Source: an uncultured archaeon (GTDB taxonomy: Archaea > Asgardarchaeota > Hermodarchaeia > Hermodarchaeales > Hermodarchaeaceae). Taken from it: a DNA stretch of 64,000 nucleotides. The stretch is from positions 32,001 to 96,000 of the forward strand of contig CAYFXC010000009.1 of NCBI GenBank assembly GCA_964347045.1. Reading direction: 5' to 3'. Below the pieces are notes generated by a model. That model was given only the letters and a program-made list of their open reading frames with translations, was not told where the DNA came from and did not search any database. Positions within the stretch are counted from its first letter, which is position 1; each line of letters opens with the position of its first letter. Of this stretch, positions 39,118 through 50,164 are shown one piece after another. Position numbers and translations under genes: made by a program.

Positions 39118-39771
39118 GTGGACCCTTTCGTTCTCTTTCTTTTTGGTGTAATCCTCATCTCGTTAAGTGGTGCCCTTGCACCCGGACCACTGCTTTTCAC
39201 AAATCTCTCTAACGCACCTCGTTGGGGATGGAAGGGTGGACTCTGGCTCTCGCTTGGACATACATGTGTCGAACTGCCTGTAATTCTTCTAATTGCGGTT
39301 GGTCTTAGTTTCGTCATTTACATTCCATTTGTTCAATTTACCATCGCCATCCTTGGAGGTGTGGTACTACTTGCATTCGGGACATTACAAATTCGTGAAG
39401 CTCGTACACCCGTTGAAGTGTTTGAGCAAATTGATTTGGCTAATGCAAAACCAACTCGCCATCCTTTTTTCATCGGATTGATTTTCTCTGCGTTTAATCC
39501 TTTCTTCATCGTTTGGTGGTTTACAGTGGGAGCAAATATTGTGATCACAGCCTTCCTTTTTGCAGCCCTAGCTGGAGTCATAATTATGTTCTTGTCTCAT
39601 GTTTGGATTGATTATGTGTGGCTAGCTGGAACTGCATGGGCAACGCAAAGAGGTTCACAGCTAATAGGTTCACGAGGTTACAAATACCTGATCGCAGGCT
39701 TTGGTCTTCTGTTGATCTATTTTGGAATTCTTTTTTGTTTTAATGCAATTCTATTGCTGGGTGTTTTCTAA
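39118..39771 (+). CDS. LysE-family translocator
   Basis: SLSGALAPGPL, LGHTCVE, FNPFFIVWW. Confidence 0.88.
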   Translation: MDPFVLFLFGVILISLSGALAPGPLLFTNLSNAPRWGWKGGLWLSLGHTCVELPVILLIAVGLSFVIYIPFVQFTIAILGGVVLLAFGTLQIREARTPVEVFEQIDLANAKPTRHPFFIGLIFSAFNPFFIVWWFTVGANIVITAFLFAALAGVIIMFLSHVWIDYVWLAGTAWATQRGSQLIGSRGYKYLIAGFGLLLIYFGILFCFNAILLLGVF

Positions 39772-41352
39772 TTTTCGAATGGGTTTGCCAAATCCGCCTC
39801 CACCAGGGGTCTGGATGCTAATGATGTCCCCCTTTTCTACCGCTAATGTCACTTTTCCTGGAATTTCTTTCCATTTCCCCTTGTGCCAGTGGCGATTTTT
39901 TCCAAGTTGTCCTGGAAGGCCTCCCTGTAATCCCCAAGGTCCAAAGCGTCGGCGTTCGCTTTGAATGGAAACAACTGTGTTTTCGGCTAGTATCTTAATA
40001 TTTCGTCGGATTCCTTGTCCACCACGATACTGTCCTTTTCCCCCACTTTCGGGAATCAGCTCATAGCACTCGACTCGAAGTGGATAGGTGCTTTCTATTG
40101 CTTCAATGGGCGTATTTGCAGTATTCGTCATATGGCTGTGAATACCATCGATGCCATCTTTATTTGGTCGGGCACCCAGACCACCACCGATAGTCTCGTA
40201 GAATGTGAATATTTTAGACGTTCCAGGGATGTATCCACCAATGGTTAGATTATTCATGGTTCCTTGACTCGCTGCGGGAATTCGATCAGGGAGTGCATGC
40301 CTTAAAGCGCCGAATAATACATCCACAATACGTTGTGATGTTTCAACGTTACCTGCCGCGACAGCTGCAGGGGGAAGTGGATTGAGTACCGAACCCTCAG
40401 GGACAATGACTTTCAATGGTGAGTAGCAACCCGCATTTACAGGGATGGTTGGATCTGTCACACATCGTAGGACATAGTACGAGCAAGAGAGCGTAACCGC
40501 GAGAGGGGCGTTCACATTACCCGTGGTTTGTTTCTCACTCTCAGAGAAATCAAAGATCATTTGATTATGTTTTATTAACACCTTAACTTTCAATTCAACT
40601 GGTTTGGAAGAAATCCCGTCATTGTCTAAGTAGTCACTGAAAGAAAAGTTTCCTTTGGGCATTTCCTTAAGCTGTTGAAGCATCCGTCGTCTTGAATATG
40701 CATGGAAATCTTCAAAAAACGTTGAAACTACAGATTTGGAGTATTTTGCAATGATTGTTTCAAACCGAGTGATCCCTGTTTTATTTGCTGCAATTTGGGC
40801 TCGGAGGTCACCTTGTCGCTCGCTAGGTGTGCGCACATTAGCGAGTAACACACGCCAAAGTCCCTCATTTATTTTATCCCCGCTTACAAGTTTGGTGGGT
40901 GGAAGTCGAAATCCTTCTTGATAGATTTCTGTTGCAGCACCAGGCATTGATCCAGGCGAGGAACCACCTACATCTGCATGATGAGCACGATTTGCAACAA
41001 ATCCAACAACAGTATAGTTCATGATTACGGGGGATATGATGGTTATGTCTGGAAGATGTGTACCGCCTTCAAAAGGGTCATTAAGAATTATGACATCTCC
41101 TTTTTCCCAATCAGAAATTTGATATAGAGCAAGAGCGGCTTTGACCGATTCTGGCATGGCTCCCAAATGAACGGGAATATGTTCTGCCTGGCTTATCATC
41201 TGTCCCTTCGCATCAAATGCGGCTGCAGAGCAATCACGCCGCTCTTTGATGTTTGGTGAATACGCTGTTCGAACAAGGGTGGCACCCATTTCTTCAGCAA
41301 CAGAAATGAAAGCATTTCGGAGAACTTCAAATGAGATCGGATCTGTTTTCAT
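39751..41352 (-). CDS. hyuB: Hydantoinase B / 5-oxoprolinase subunit
   Basis: [59 protein letters not shown]. Confidence 0.92.
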   Translation of the reverse strand: MKTDPISFEVLRNAFISVAEEMGATLVRTAYSPNIKERRDCSAAAFDAKGQMISQAEHIPVHLGAMPESVKAALALYQISDWEKGDVIILNDPFEGGTHLPDITIISPVIMNYTVVGFVANRAHHADVGGSSPGSMPGAATEIYQEGFRLPPTKLVSGDKINEGLWRVLLANVRTPSERQGDLRAQIAANKTGITRFETIIAKYSKSVVSTFFEDFHAYSRRRMLQQLKEMPKGNFSFSDYLDNDGISSKPVELKVKVLIKHNQMIFDFSESEKQTTGNVNAPLAVTLSCSYYVLRCVTDPTIPVNAGCYSPLKVIVPEGSVLNPLPPAAVAAGNVETSQRIVDVLFGALRHALPDRIPAASQGTMNNLTIGGYIPGTSKIFTFYETIGGGLGARPNKDGIDGIHSHMTNTANTPIEAIESTYPLRVECYELIPESGGKGQYRGGQGIRRNIKILAENTVVSIQSERRRFGPWGLQGGLPGQLGKNRHWHKGKWKEIPGKVTLAVEKGDIISIQTPGGGGFGKPIRKLENTQQ

Positions 41353-43418
41353 TTGAGTTCCTCCAAAATTATGTTACCTCCCCGATGGACTATTGCTTTC
41401 GTGTTTGGGTGAACTACAGTTGTTGAATCGAGTTGCTCGATAATAGCTGGTCCATTGATCTGTGCACCAAATCCAAGTGTAGTTCGTTCATAAATGGGAG
41501 TAATAATTGATTGACCAAGCTCCTCAAAAAATACCTCTCTTTTTAAACGAATTTGTGGGATTTTTTGTTGTTTGTGGATTTGAGTTTGTTTGAGAGGAGG
41601 CATGGGTCCTTGAGCGATGACTCGGAGATTAACGATGGTTGTTGGTGAATCAGGTGTAAAAAATCCATATTGTTGTTTGTGTTGAGCATGAAAATTGTGA
41701 ACCAACTGAGTTATCCAGTTCCGTGTAATTTTTCCTTTTGGTACAGGTAGGGTAATTTCGTATGCTTGTCCTGTGTATCGAAGATCTGCAAGACGTTGAA
41801 GCGATATGGTTTGGGGAGATACACTCTGTTCTAGAAGTCTTTCTTTTAGCTGCTCTTCGAGTTCTTGGAAAATTGTACGAATTCGAGTGAAGTCTGGAGA
41901 TTGAGTAGATTCGAGGACAGTATGACTCTGATCAATTCTTAGGTTGGTGGCTAATAATCCTAAAGCGGAATGAAGACCTGGGGCGTTTGGGATGATTACG
42001 CGGGGAATCCCAAGATTCTTTGCTAGTGCCCACGCATGCATTGGACCTGCACCTCCAAATGCCACCAACGCAAAGTCACGAGGATCAAATCCTCGTTGTA
42101 TTGATACAACACGAATGGCTCGTTCCATGTTAGCGTTTACTACTCGGATTATCCCGTATGCACATTCCTTTATGCTCAAGTTAAGCTGCTGTGCAAGCAG
42201 TTGCATTGACTGAAACGCCAAATCTTTTTTCAATCCTATTGCTCCTCCTAATAAATAATCAGGATTAAGCCGTCCTAGGATGAGGTTCGCATCTGTTACA
42301 GTTGGTTCAGTTCCTCCGAGCCCATAGGCGGCAGGTCCAGGTTCTGCACCTGCACTTTGTGGCCCCACTCGTAATATTCTTCCCGCCTCGATCCAGCCAA
42401 TGCTTCCCCCACCCGCGCCTACTGTTTCAACGTCTACCATTGGTAATCTACAGGGATGGCCACCAATTTGCCCCTCGCAGGTCTCTCGAATCAAACCATA
42501 ACTAATTAATGCTACATCAGTACTAGTTCCACCCATATCTAGACTGATAACGTTTTTTTCTTGCATGATCTGACTTGTATATCGACCACCTAGGGTTCCT
42601 CCTGCCAGACCACTAAATAGGAGTCGAGCCGCATGGTTTCGAGCTAATTGGGATTGGACAACGCCTCCATGGCTTTGCATGACTAATATTGGAGTTTGCA
42701 GTCCAATTTTGCGTAATGCCATCTCGAGATGTTGAAGGTATTGTGTGAGAACCGGCGTTACATATGCATTTAACACCGTAGTGGACATTCGTTCGTATTC
42801 CCGATATTCAGGCAAAACCACAGATGAAACAGAAATTGGAATGGATGAATCTTGACGCTGAATCTCTTCTTGAAGTCGTTCCTCATGAAGAGGATTCTTA
42901 AAGGAAAATAATAAGCACACCGCAATTACATCAGCATTTTGTCTTGCTTGCTTTACAACTCTCTTGGCATCTTCAGAGTTTAACGACTGATGTACATTCC
43001 CATTCGCCAGAATGCGTTCTTCAACGCCAACAATATTTTCACGAGCTACTAGGGGAAGTATTCGTTCAACGAAAAGATCATATAATTTTGGTCGCTGTTG
43101 GCGTCCAATCTCTAAGAGGTCTTCGAACCCTTTTGTCGTAATGAGACTAGTTGTTGCACCTTTTCTTTGGAGTATTGAATTAGTTGCAATAGTGGTTCCG
43201 TGCAATAGATAGTTGGCTTTTTGTGGGGAAATTTTCGTAAGCCCTAATACTTTCTCTAAACCTTCTAAAACGCCAATCGAAGAGTCCTCAGGAGTTGATC
43301 TGACTTTCACATGCCAACGTTTCCCATCCGAATCGAGGAGTAATACATCTGTAAAAGTTCCACCTACATCAATGCCAATGCGGATTGGCTCGTCTTCAGT
43401 ATTCTGTTGCAGCATCAT
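41349..43418 (-). CDS. hyuA: Hydantoinase A / 5-oxoprolinase ATP-hydrolysing subunit
   Basis: GIDVGGTFTD, HGTTIATN, EYREYER, DMGGTSTD, GAGGGS, GPQSAGAEPGP, FGGAG; ATGA overlap with hyuB. Confidence 0.92.
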   Translation of the reverse strand: MMLQQNTEDEPIRIGIDVGGTFTDVLLLDSDGKRWHVKVRSTPEDSSIGVLEGLEKVLGLTKISPQKANYLLHGTTIATNSILQRKGATTSLITTKGFEDLLEIGRQQRPKLYDLFVERILPLVARENIVGVEERILANGNVHQSLNSEDAKRVVKQARQNADVIAVCLLFSFKNPLHEERLQEEIQRQDSSIPISVSSVVLPEYREYERMSTTVLNAYVTPVLTQYLQHLEMALRKIGLQTPILVMQSHGGVVQSQLARNHAARLLFSGLAGGTLGGRYTSQIMQEKNVISLDMGGTSTDVALISYGLIRETCEGQIGGHPCRLPMVDVETVGAGGGSIGWIEAGRILRVGPQSAGAEPGPAAYGLGGTEPTVTDANLILGRLNPDYLLGGAIGLKKDLAFQSMQLLAQQLNLSIKECAYGIIRVVNANMERAIRVVSIQRGFDPRDFALVAFGGAGPMHAWALAKNLGIPRVIIPNAPGLHSALGLLATNLRIDQSHTVLESTQSPDFTRIRTIFQELEEQLKERLLEQSVSPQTISLQRLADLRYTGQAYEITLPVPKGKITRNWITQLVHNFHAQHKQQYGFFTPDSPTTIVNLRVIAQGPMPPLKQTQIHKQQKIPQIRLKREVFFEELGQSIITPIYERTTLGFGAQINGPAIIEQLDSTTVVHPNTKAIVHRGGNIILEELK

Positions 43419-43532
43419 CTTCTTCTACCATACTTGTTAATAACTGTGATAAAGCCTTCTGCCTTCTTTGTGTCAATAGTATACTTTTTTTGCCTTCATT
43501 TCGAGTTTATGCATGACAGGTGAACAGACCTA

Positions 43533-43814
43533 ATGAATTCCAAACAAACACTACCAGATTTTTCCCAATTCTATCAAACACTTAAACCCGCTAGACGTAC
43601 ACCATCCAGCTTGAAAATAATTAGCTACAAAGTATTTCTGTTTCCTGCGATTATGATGGTAATCGGCGGTTTAATCTGGGGAATAACTGCTTTTCTAAAT
43701 CCTACAAATTTCCCCCTGATTCTCCTAGGTCAGGTAATCTTCATGATTGGGATGTTTGTCGCAATTATCCTCGGATTTTGGGTAATGACAATAATCCGAA
43801 TGCCATTTCGATAA
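43533..43814 (+). CDS. Small 2-TM hypothetical protein
   Basis: Two hydrophobic helices; ggtga RBS-like motif upstream. Confidence 0.6.
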   Translation: MNSKQTLPDFSQFYQTLKPARRTPSSLKIISYKVFLFPAIMMVIGGLIWGITAFLNPTNFPLILLGQVIFMIGMFVAIILGFWVMTIIRMPFR

Positions 43815-43834
43815 ATAGGAATTTAATTGAATAT

Positions 43835-44305
43835 CTAATCTGTCTTTTTAATGAGAGTGCCATCAATTCCCACTTTGAGTTTATGTTTTCTTTCAGGCTC
43901 AAACCAATCTGGTCCTACTAATCGACCCAGAACTACTCCTGGTAGGATGCCCAACAAATGCAACATAACTGCACGAACGACGATATCAATCGTCAAGAGA
44001 AATAATATGTCAAGAATAACCCATGCACCAATCACGACGACTGCGAGATAAACTGTTCCAAAAAGTATGATTAATCCTATGAAGATGGAAAGAAAACCAC
44101 TAATGATAGCATATTGGATTTCTATGCTGTACAAGCCGATTAGAATCCCAACTAGAAACATTAGTATTACAAAGATAACTGGCATCGTAATACCTGTAAG
44201 AAGTGTGAGGTAAATGAAAGATATTACTAATCCAGCACCAATTGTTGTTAGAAAGAATCTTGCGTAGATATTCGCTTTCTCTTTTTGCTTTGGGGTAATA
44301 TCCAT
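43835..44305 (-). CDS. Hypothetical membrane protein (about 4 TM)
   Basis: Highly hydrophobic; abuts the upstream gene with no gap. Confidence 0.7.
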   Translation of the reverse strand: MDITPKQKEKANIYARFFLTTIGAGLVISFIYLTLLTGITMPVIFVILMFLVGILIGLYSIEIQYAIISGFLSIFIGLIILFGTVYLAVVVIGAWVILDILFLLTIDIVVRAVMLHLLGILPGVVLGRLVGPDWFEPERKHKLKVGIDGTLIKKTD

Positions 44306-44833
44306 TTAATAGCTCACATCCTCGATACCGGAAAACACCTGAATGAAGTGTTGATACAACACGTATAATCGACCACCAACATAAACTCGCATTGGATATC
44401 GGATTATCCAGTTCCAATCATCACTTAACTCTGCATCAATAATCGGTTGTGCATCATTTCCTGTGAAAGAGAAATTTCCCCAAAGAACATATACTTGACC
44501 CGGAACAAGGAAGATATCCTTGAATGTTTCGTTTAGGATTAAAGGTTCACCATTCAAATCCACAATGAATGCAAAACCTTCAATATGAATGAGACGCGAA
44601 CCATTATTTTGTAAAGGTATCTCAATTGAGATAATCCTCGTTGTGTTATTAGGTGTTTCTTTTAATATGCGTGAGACTTGTGGGTTAAATCGGTTAGCAG
44701 TATCATACACACTAACATATTCTAAAGAAAGAAAAATACTTCCAATCCCAGATATCACTAAGGTGATAACAAATATGCATGTCACTATCGCTTGATAGTT
44801 GATTTTGCCATCTGATTTTTTGAACCGATTCAT
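44306..44833 (-). CDS. Membrane-anchored LEA2/Ig-like hypothetical protein
   Basis: Single N-terminal TM followed by a beta-rich domain (IPLQNNGS...IVDLNGE). Confidence 0.6.
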   Translation of the reverse strand: MNRFKKSDGKINYQAIVTCIFVITLVISGIGSIFLSLEYVSVYDTANRFNPQVSRILKETPNNTTRIISIEIPLQNNGSRLIHIEGFAFIVDLNGEPLILNETFKDIFLVPGQVYVLWGNFSFTGNDAQPIIDAELSDDWNWIIRYPMRVYVGGRLYVLYQHFIQVFSGIEDVSY

Positions 44834-45002
44834 TCAGGTATCACTTGTTTTGCGACAAAGTTGCATCATTCTAAAAAGATTACTGTCAATGCAATCTCAT
44901 TCACGTTAGACTCGTGCATAAATTCCTTGCATCATAAGCAAAGCTTTTAAAAGTGTAACCAGCATTGGCAAGACGCTTGGAAACGCGCTGGAGGCTAAGC
45001 AT

Positions 45003-45983
45003 GTGGGCCTACGTGAGTTCGTCATCAGACGTATATTTAATAGTTTTATCCTTATCCTTGGAGCAATCATTTTCAATTTCTTCGTTTTTCGGTTAATGCC
45101 TGGAGATCCGGTCTCAATACTAATTAGCCCACAGATTGGTGTCAATCAACAAGAACTGGCTGATGCGCTTCGTGCTATGTGGGGCTTAGACCAACCTTTG
45201 CATATTCAATTCGGTACGTACATCGTGAATATGTTTACATTTAATTTTGGAATTTCATTTACAGAAGGGAATCGCCCGGTCATTGAATCCATCGCCGCTC
45301 GACTTCCTAACACCCTCCTTTTGATGGGTACTGCTGCCATCATTACCATTATCATCGGTGTTGCCACTGGTATCGCTGCGGCTTCCCGGCGAGGTGGAGC
45401 CTTCGACATGGGCATGGTTACAACGGCTCTAATTCTCTATTCAGTTCCCACCTTTTGGTTAGGAATGATGTTTATCCTCTTATTCGGCTTCTATTTTCCC
45501 ATCTTTCCCATGGGTGGTACTGTCAGTGTGCCCCCACCGAACGATCCCCTAGCCTATGCGTTGGATGTGGCCTGGCATCTATTTCTGCCAGCCATCACCC
45601 TTGCGTTAGTCTCTTATGGTGGGTACATGTTGGTGATGCGGAATACCCTCATTGATGTCCTCACCGAAGACTACATTGTAACAGCTAGGGCTAAAGGAGT
45701 CGATGAACGGACTGTCCTCTATAAACATGCTTTACGGAATGCGATTCTTCCGTTAGTCACAATGATTGCTTTGACCTTTGGATTCCTTATCACAGGGGCT
45801 ACGTTAACAGAGACGGTGTTCAATTGGTATGGTATTGGACGCTTGATTTTCGAATCTGTGATGTCACAAAACTATCCTGTCCTACAAGCGATTTTCTATA
45901 TCATGGCGCTTACTGTGATTATTGCAAACTTCATTGCGGATATCCTCTATGGGTTCTTAGATCCTCGAGTACGATATGATTGA
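45003..45983 (+). CDS. dppB: Dipeptide/oligopeptide ABC permease DppB
   Basis: RLMPGDP, GLDQPL..QF, RLPNTL, LPAITL, EDYIVTARAKG (EAA loop), HALRNA, DPRVR. Confidence 0.93.
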   Translation: MGLREFVIRRIFNSFILILGAIIFNFFVFRLMPGDPVSILISPQIGVNQQELADALRAMWGLDQPLHIQFGTYIVNMFTFNFGISFTEGNRPVIESIAARLPNTLLLMGTAAIITIIIGVATGIAAASRRGGAFDMGMVTTALILYSVPTFWLGMMFILLFGFYFPIFPMGGTVSVPPPNDPLAYALDVAWHLFLPAITLALVSYGGYMLVMRNTLIDVLTEDYIVTARAKGVDERTVLYKHALRNAILPLVTMIALTFGFLITGATLTETVFNWYGIGRLIFESVMSQNYPVLQAIFYIMALTVIIANFIADILYGFLDPRVRYD

Positions 45984-48085
45984 TTCAAATGGTGAGAAAC
46001 TTGGTTCGGTGGAAGGAATATCGCGATCGTTTGTTAGGATTTTGGAGAGAATACCGAAAAAGCAAGATGGGACTTGCTGGAATAACAATTATCCTGTTCT
46101 TTTCAGGTATGGCTATCACTGCACCATTCTTTATGCCATGGCCCAGTCCGATTCTTCCTGGCCAAGCTCCTCCAATTGCTGCTCCAATGTGGCTCTTACC
46201 ATTGGATCCAATTGGCTTCACAACGGTTTACCCAATCGAAAATGAGAATTTCGATACGAGTGATGATGGTTGGTTCTATAACGAATCAATTAGCTCTGAA
46301 GGGTATAATGTAGTGAATAACTCGCAATTCGATACCAATGCTGATGGCTGGTCACCATTAATCTTCAATGGTGGCGGAATCACCACTACTACCTACAATC
46401 CTACTGAAGGATCGGATTTAACCGGTGGAAGTGGACCAGGCTCTTATGAATTTCAGTATAACGACCAACTTGACACTTTGGCTTATGGACAAACCGATAT
46501 TTTCCTTGACTATGACTTCAACTGGTATGACGATTTATATCCACCGGGCTTAATGACCGCACACCCGTCCGCTGTGATTGTTGAGTATTCAATTCAATTC
46601 TCCATTGAAAATACTCCTAGTGAAGTTCAAAATGTTGAATCTATCTTCAGTATTGAAATAATGAATTCCACCGGAATTCCAGTCGAAATCTATTCACGAC
46701 AATATATTACAACCGGTACCAGACCATGGTCCCCTCGAACTGCAAATATGCAATTTGAAAACATTACATCTGTCTTTTCTTCAACCGATCTTATGGCGGT
46801 GCGCTTCCATCTCCAAATTTGGAATCCAAGTTTTTCTGATACACCAACCATTACGTGCCGCCTAGATGATATCCAAGTTCAAATTCGTGCCTCATATACT
46901 AATCCTGATACTAATTCACGGATGACTGGAATGTACAGTACCACGGATGGAAGTAATGTAAGTGGACCCGGAAGTTATCAAATCTTATATGAGGATACTG
47001 ATGATTCCACAGCCTACTTTGGATCAACCGCATGGATCGAATATATTTTTCCATGGAATACGTTAGATGTTCCCGAAGAGGTCTATTTCACTTATTACTA
47101 TAAAGTCCAAGCTGAGGGTGGTTGGGGTGATACATACATCAATGTCATCCAAGAGTGCTATGTGGAAGATACTGGTGAGACAGACCAAATCTACTATTCC
47201 GATAATATTGCCGCTAATCGTCCATGGCAAAGGGGTCCAAGAGTTAGGTGGAACGTCTTTCAGCGATCTAATACATTTGGCTCACGGGGTAACCTTTGGG
47301 TACGGTTCCGAATTCTTGTCACGGATCCAACACCTGAAGATATGGCTAGGATCACAATTGGCGTCGATGATGCTGAATTAGAAGTCTGGGGCAACTATTT
47401 TGGAAGTTTGGGTGCTGGTGTTTACGGGGAAGATCTATGGGCTCAATTACTTTGGGGTGCTAGAATTGCTCTGATTGTTGGACTTTCTGCCGCTTTCATT
47501 GCGACTTTTGTTGGACTTATTGTAGGTTTAATCTCTGGCTATTTCGGAGGTCTCGTTGATGAGGTTCTAATGCGAATAACCGATTTCTTCTTAGTAATTC
47601 CAGGACTTCCACTGATGATTGTACTTGCCGCAATCCTAGAACCTCGGTGGTACAATATCGTCTTAGTTATAGCATTAGTTGGATGGACGGGAACAGCCCG
47701 GCTAGTTAGGTCACAAGTTCTTGCCGAAAGGCAGAAAGCCTACGTGGAAGCCGCACATGCAATTGGCGCGAGTGATCTCTATATCATCTTTCGTCATATA
47801 TTACCCAATGTTACTCCTCTCCTATTCGCTCAGATTACACTTGGTGTTGCGGGTGCAATTTTGTCTGAGGCTGGGCTTAGCTTCTTAGGACTCACCCATC
47901 CCTATGACGTTAGTTGGGGTCGTATGCTCCAAGCTGCAGCCCAAGGCGGAGCTTATACACAAGGTGCTTGGTGGTATCTCTTCTTCCCAGGCATGTGTAT
48001 CGTATTACTGGCAATGTCCTTTACCTTAGTCGGCTATGCAGTTGATGAAATTCTCAATCCACGTTTGCGAATCCGGAGGGAATAA
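45980..48085 (+). CDS. dppC: Peptide ABC permease DppC with a large (about 390 aa) extracytoplasmic insertion
   Basis: C-terminal LG...GEDLWAQLLWGARIAL, YVEAAHAIGA, HILPN, EAGLSFLG, NPRLR; 701 aa versus the usual ~300. Confidence 0.9.
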   Translation: MIQMVRNLVRWKEYRDRLLGFWREYRKSKMGLAGITIILFFSGMAITAPFFMPWPSPILPGQAPPIAAPMWLLPLDPIGFTTVYPIENENFDTSDDGWFYNESISSEGYNVVNNSQFDTNADGWSPLIFNGGGITTTTYNPTEGSDLTGGSGPGSYEFQYNDQLDTLAYGQTDIFLDYDFNWYDDLYPPGLMTAHPSAVIVEYSIQFSIENTPSEVQNVESIFSIEIMNSTGIPVEIYSRQYITTGTRPWSPRTANMQFENITSVFSSTDLMAVRFHLQIWNPSFSDTPTITCRLDDIQVQIRASYTNPDTNSRMTGMYSTTDGSNVSGPGSYQILYEDTDDSTAYFGSTAWIEYIFPWNTLDVPEEVYFTYYYKVQAEGGWGDTYINVIQECYVEDTGETDQIYYSDNIAANRPWQRGPRVRWNVFQRSNTFGSRGNLWVRFRILVTDPTPEDMARITIGVDDAELEVWGNYFGSLGAGVYGEDLWAQLLWGARIALIVGLSAAFIATFVGLIVGLISGYFGGLVDEVLMRITDFFLVIPGLPLMIVLAAILEPRWYNIVLVIALVGWTGTARLVRSQVLAERQKAYVEAAHAIGASDLYIIFRHILPNVTPLLFAQITLGVAGAILSEAGLSFLGLTHPYDVSWGRMLQAAAQGGAYTQGAWWYLFFPGMCIVLLAMSFTLVGYAVDEILNPRLRIRRE

Positions 48086-48098
48086 GGAGGACGTAAAG

Positions 48099-49076
48099 AT
48101 GGCTGTATTAGAAGTAAACAATCTCAAGGCATACTTCTTCATCGAAGCGGGTTCGGTTAAAGCCGTTGACGATGTTAGTTTTTTTTTGGACCGAGGTGAA
48201 ACCCTTGGACTTGCAGGAGAATCCGGTTGTGGAAAATCAACCACTGCTTATGCTATTCTTAATCTCCTTCCATATCCAGGCCGCATTGTGGAAGGTGAAG
48301 TGATTCTTGATGGTGAAGATCTCACTAAGAAAGAGCCTGAAGAGATGCGGCTAATCCGATGGGATGAGATTTCGATGGTCTTTCAAGGTGCAATGAATGC
48401 ACTTAACCCCGTTCTTCGTATTGGAGACCAGATTGTGGAAGCAATTACCCTCCATGAGGATATATCGACTGATGAAGCTTATAAGAAAATGGAAGATATC
48501 CTCGAAACTGTTGGTGTTGATCCCTCTCGGGCTAGTAACTACCCTCATGAGTTTAGTGGTGGTATGAAACAACGTGTTATGATAGCTATGGCGCTTGTAA
48601 CCGAACCGAAAGTCCTTATCGCTGATGAACCGACAACTGCTCTCGATGTGACTGTTGAAGCGCAAGTCCTCAAACTCTTGAAAAGTCTTCAGAAGAAGTT
48701 CCAGCTTTCTGTGATTCTAATTACTCATGATCTTGCCACTATCGCTGAAGCTTGTGATCGGGTTGCTATCATGTATGCTGGTAAGATCGTCGAGCTCGCA
48801 GATGTCGTCACAATTTTCAAAGAACGCCTTCATCCGTATACGGAGGGCTTAATTCGATCTGTACCTAGTCTTTTAGGAACGGAACAACTTGTACATATTC
48901 CCGGTGCTCCCCCTGGGCTTGTTACTCCTCCTTCAGGATGTCGATTCCATCCACGGTGTCCTATTGCAACATTAATATGTATGCTGCAGGAACCGGAGTT
49001 TCGGGAAATTAAAGAAAAGCATTTTGTCGCTTGCCACTATGCTGATTTACTTTGGGGTATTAACGTTTGGAAGTAG
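48099..49076 (+). CDS. dppD: Peptide ABC ATPase DppD
   Basis: aaggagg RBS then ATG at 48099; GESGCGKST, YPHEFSGGMKQR, ADEPTTALD, C-terminal GCRFHPRC. Confidence 0.93.
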   Translation: MAVLEVNNLKAYFFIEAGSVKAVDDVSFFLDRGETLGLAGESGCGKSTTAYAILNLLPYPGRIVEGEVILDGEDLTKKEPEEMRLIRWDEISMVFQGAMNALNPVLRIGDQIVEAITLHEDISTDEAYKKMEDILETVGVDPSRASNYPHEFSGGMKQRVMIAMALVTEPKVLIADEPTTALDVTVEAQVLKLLKSLQKKFQLSVILITHDLATIAEACDRVAIMYAGKIVELADVVTIFKERLHPYTEGLIRSVPSLLGTEQLVHIPGAPPGLVTPPSGCRFHPRCPIATLICMLQEPEFREIKEKHFVACHYADLLWGINVWK

Positions 49077-50098
49077 GTACATTGACAACACAAGAACCAT
49101 TGATTGAAGTGCGAAACCTGAAAAAATACTTCCCCGTTCGTCGTGGATTGGTTGCCCAGCTCGTTAGCCGTGAACAGATTTGGGTTAAAGCGGTTGATGA
49201 TATTTCATTTGATATTTTCAAGAATGAAGTGTTTGTACTTGCTGGTGAATCTGGATGCGGTAAAACCACTACTGGACGAGTCCTTCTCAATCTAGCTCCC
49301 GCAACTGAAGGGAGTATTACCTATGCTGGCACGGATCTTGCCGCAATTACTAAACAAGAAATGAAAGCGCTTCGACCAAAACTGCAGATCATTTTCCAAG
49401 ACCCCTATGAAAGTTTGAACCCTCGACTCAGTATTCATGATAGCATTGGGGAAGCACTCCAAGTCAATCGTCTTACTGAAAGTCGCGAAGAACTTCTACA
49501 ACGTATCAAAATGGCAATGGAAGATGTCCGCCTTATTCCTCCTGAAGATTTCATCTATCGGTACCCACATATGCTCAGCGGTGGCCAACGGCAACGCGTC
49601 GTTATTGCTCGTGCCATCGTCACTCAACCCGAATTCATCGTCGCCGATGAACCGGTTTCTATGCTCGACGCATCCATTCGTGCTGAGATTCTCCACCTCC
49701 TCAAAGACTTGATTAAAAAATATGATCTTACCTATCTTTACATCACGCACGATCTAGCTTCTGCTCGATATATTGGTGACCGGATTGGCATCATGTATTT
49801 GGGCAAAATCGTTGAGTATGGTCCAGTTGGTCGTGTTATCGACAACCCCAAGCATCAGTATACTGCAATACTCGTCTCTGCTGTTCCCATTCCTGATCCA
49901 ACACTTACTCATACGCGACGGGCTCCGATCGGTGAAGTTCCTTCACCCATTAATCCTCCATCTGGTTGTCGGTTCCATACACGATGTCCGAAGGCAGATG
50001 AGAAATGTCGTCTTGAAGAACCTCCTTTCAAAGAGGTCGAGAAAGAACATTTTACGGCCTGTTGGCACTGGTTTGATCCCAAGCAATGGGAAGAATGA
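49067..50098 (+). CDS. dppF: Peptide ABC ATPase DppF
   Basis: GESGCGKTT, YPHMLSGGQRQR, ADEPVSMLD, GCRFHTRC. Confidence 0.93.
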   Translation: MEVGTLTTQEPLIEVRNLKKYFPVRRGLVAQLVSREQIWVKAVDDISFDIFKNEVFVLAGESGCGKTTTGRVLLNLAPATEGSITYAGTDLAAITKQEMKALRPKLQIIFQDPYESLNPRLSIHDSIGEALQVNRLTESREELLQRIKMAMEDVRLIPPEDFIYRYPHMLSGGQRQRVVIARAIVTQPEFIVADEPVSMLDASIRAEILHLLKDLIKKYDLTYLYITHDLASARYIGDRIGIMYLGKIVEYGPVGRVIDNPKHQYTAILVSAVPIPDPTLTHTRRAPIGEVPSPINPPSGCRFHTRCPKADEKCRLEEPPFKEVEKEHFTACWHWFDPKQWEE

Positions 50099-50164
50099 CA
50101 TCATTGACAAATACGTGGAATCCACTTCTTCAAGGCACAAAGGGTCATTATATGAAGTCTACAG

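Noticed and set aside
18241-43418. Creatinine pathway (deaminase plus N-methylhydantoinase)
   Set aside because: The genes are more than 20 kb apart and substrates cannot be assigned from sequence
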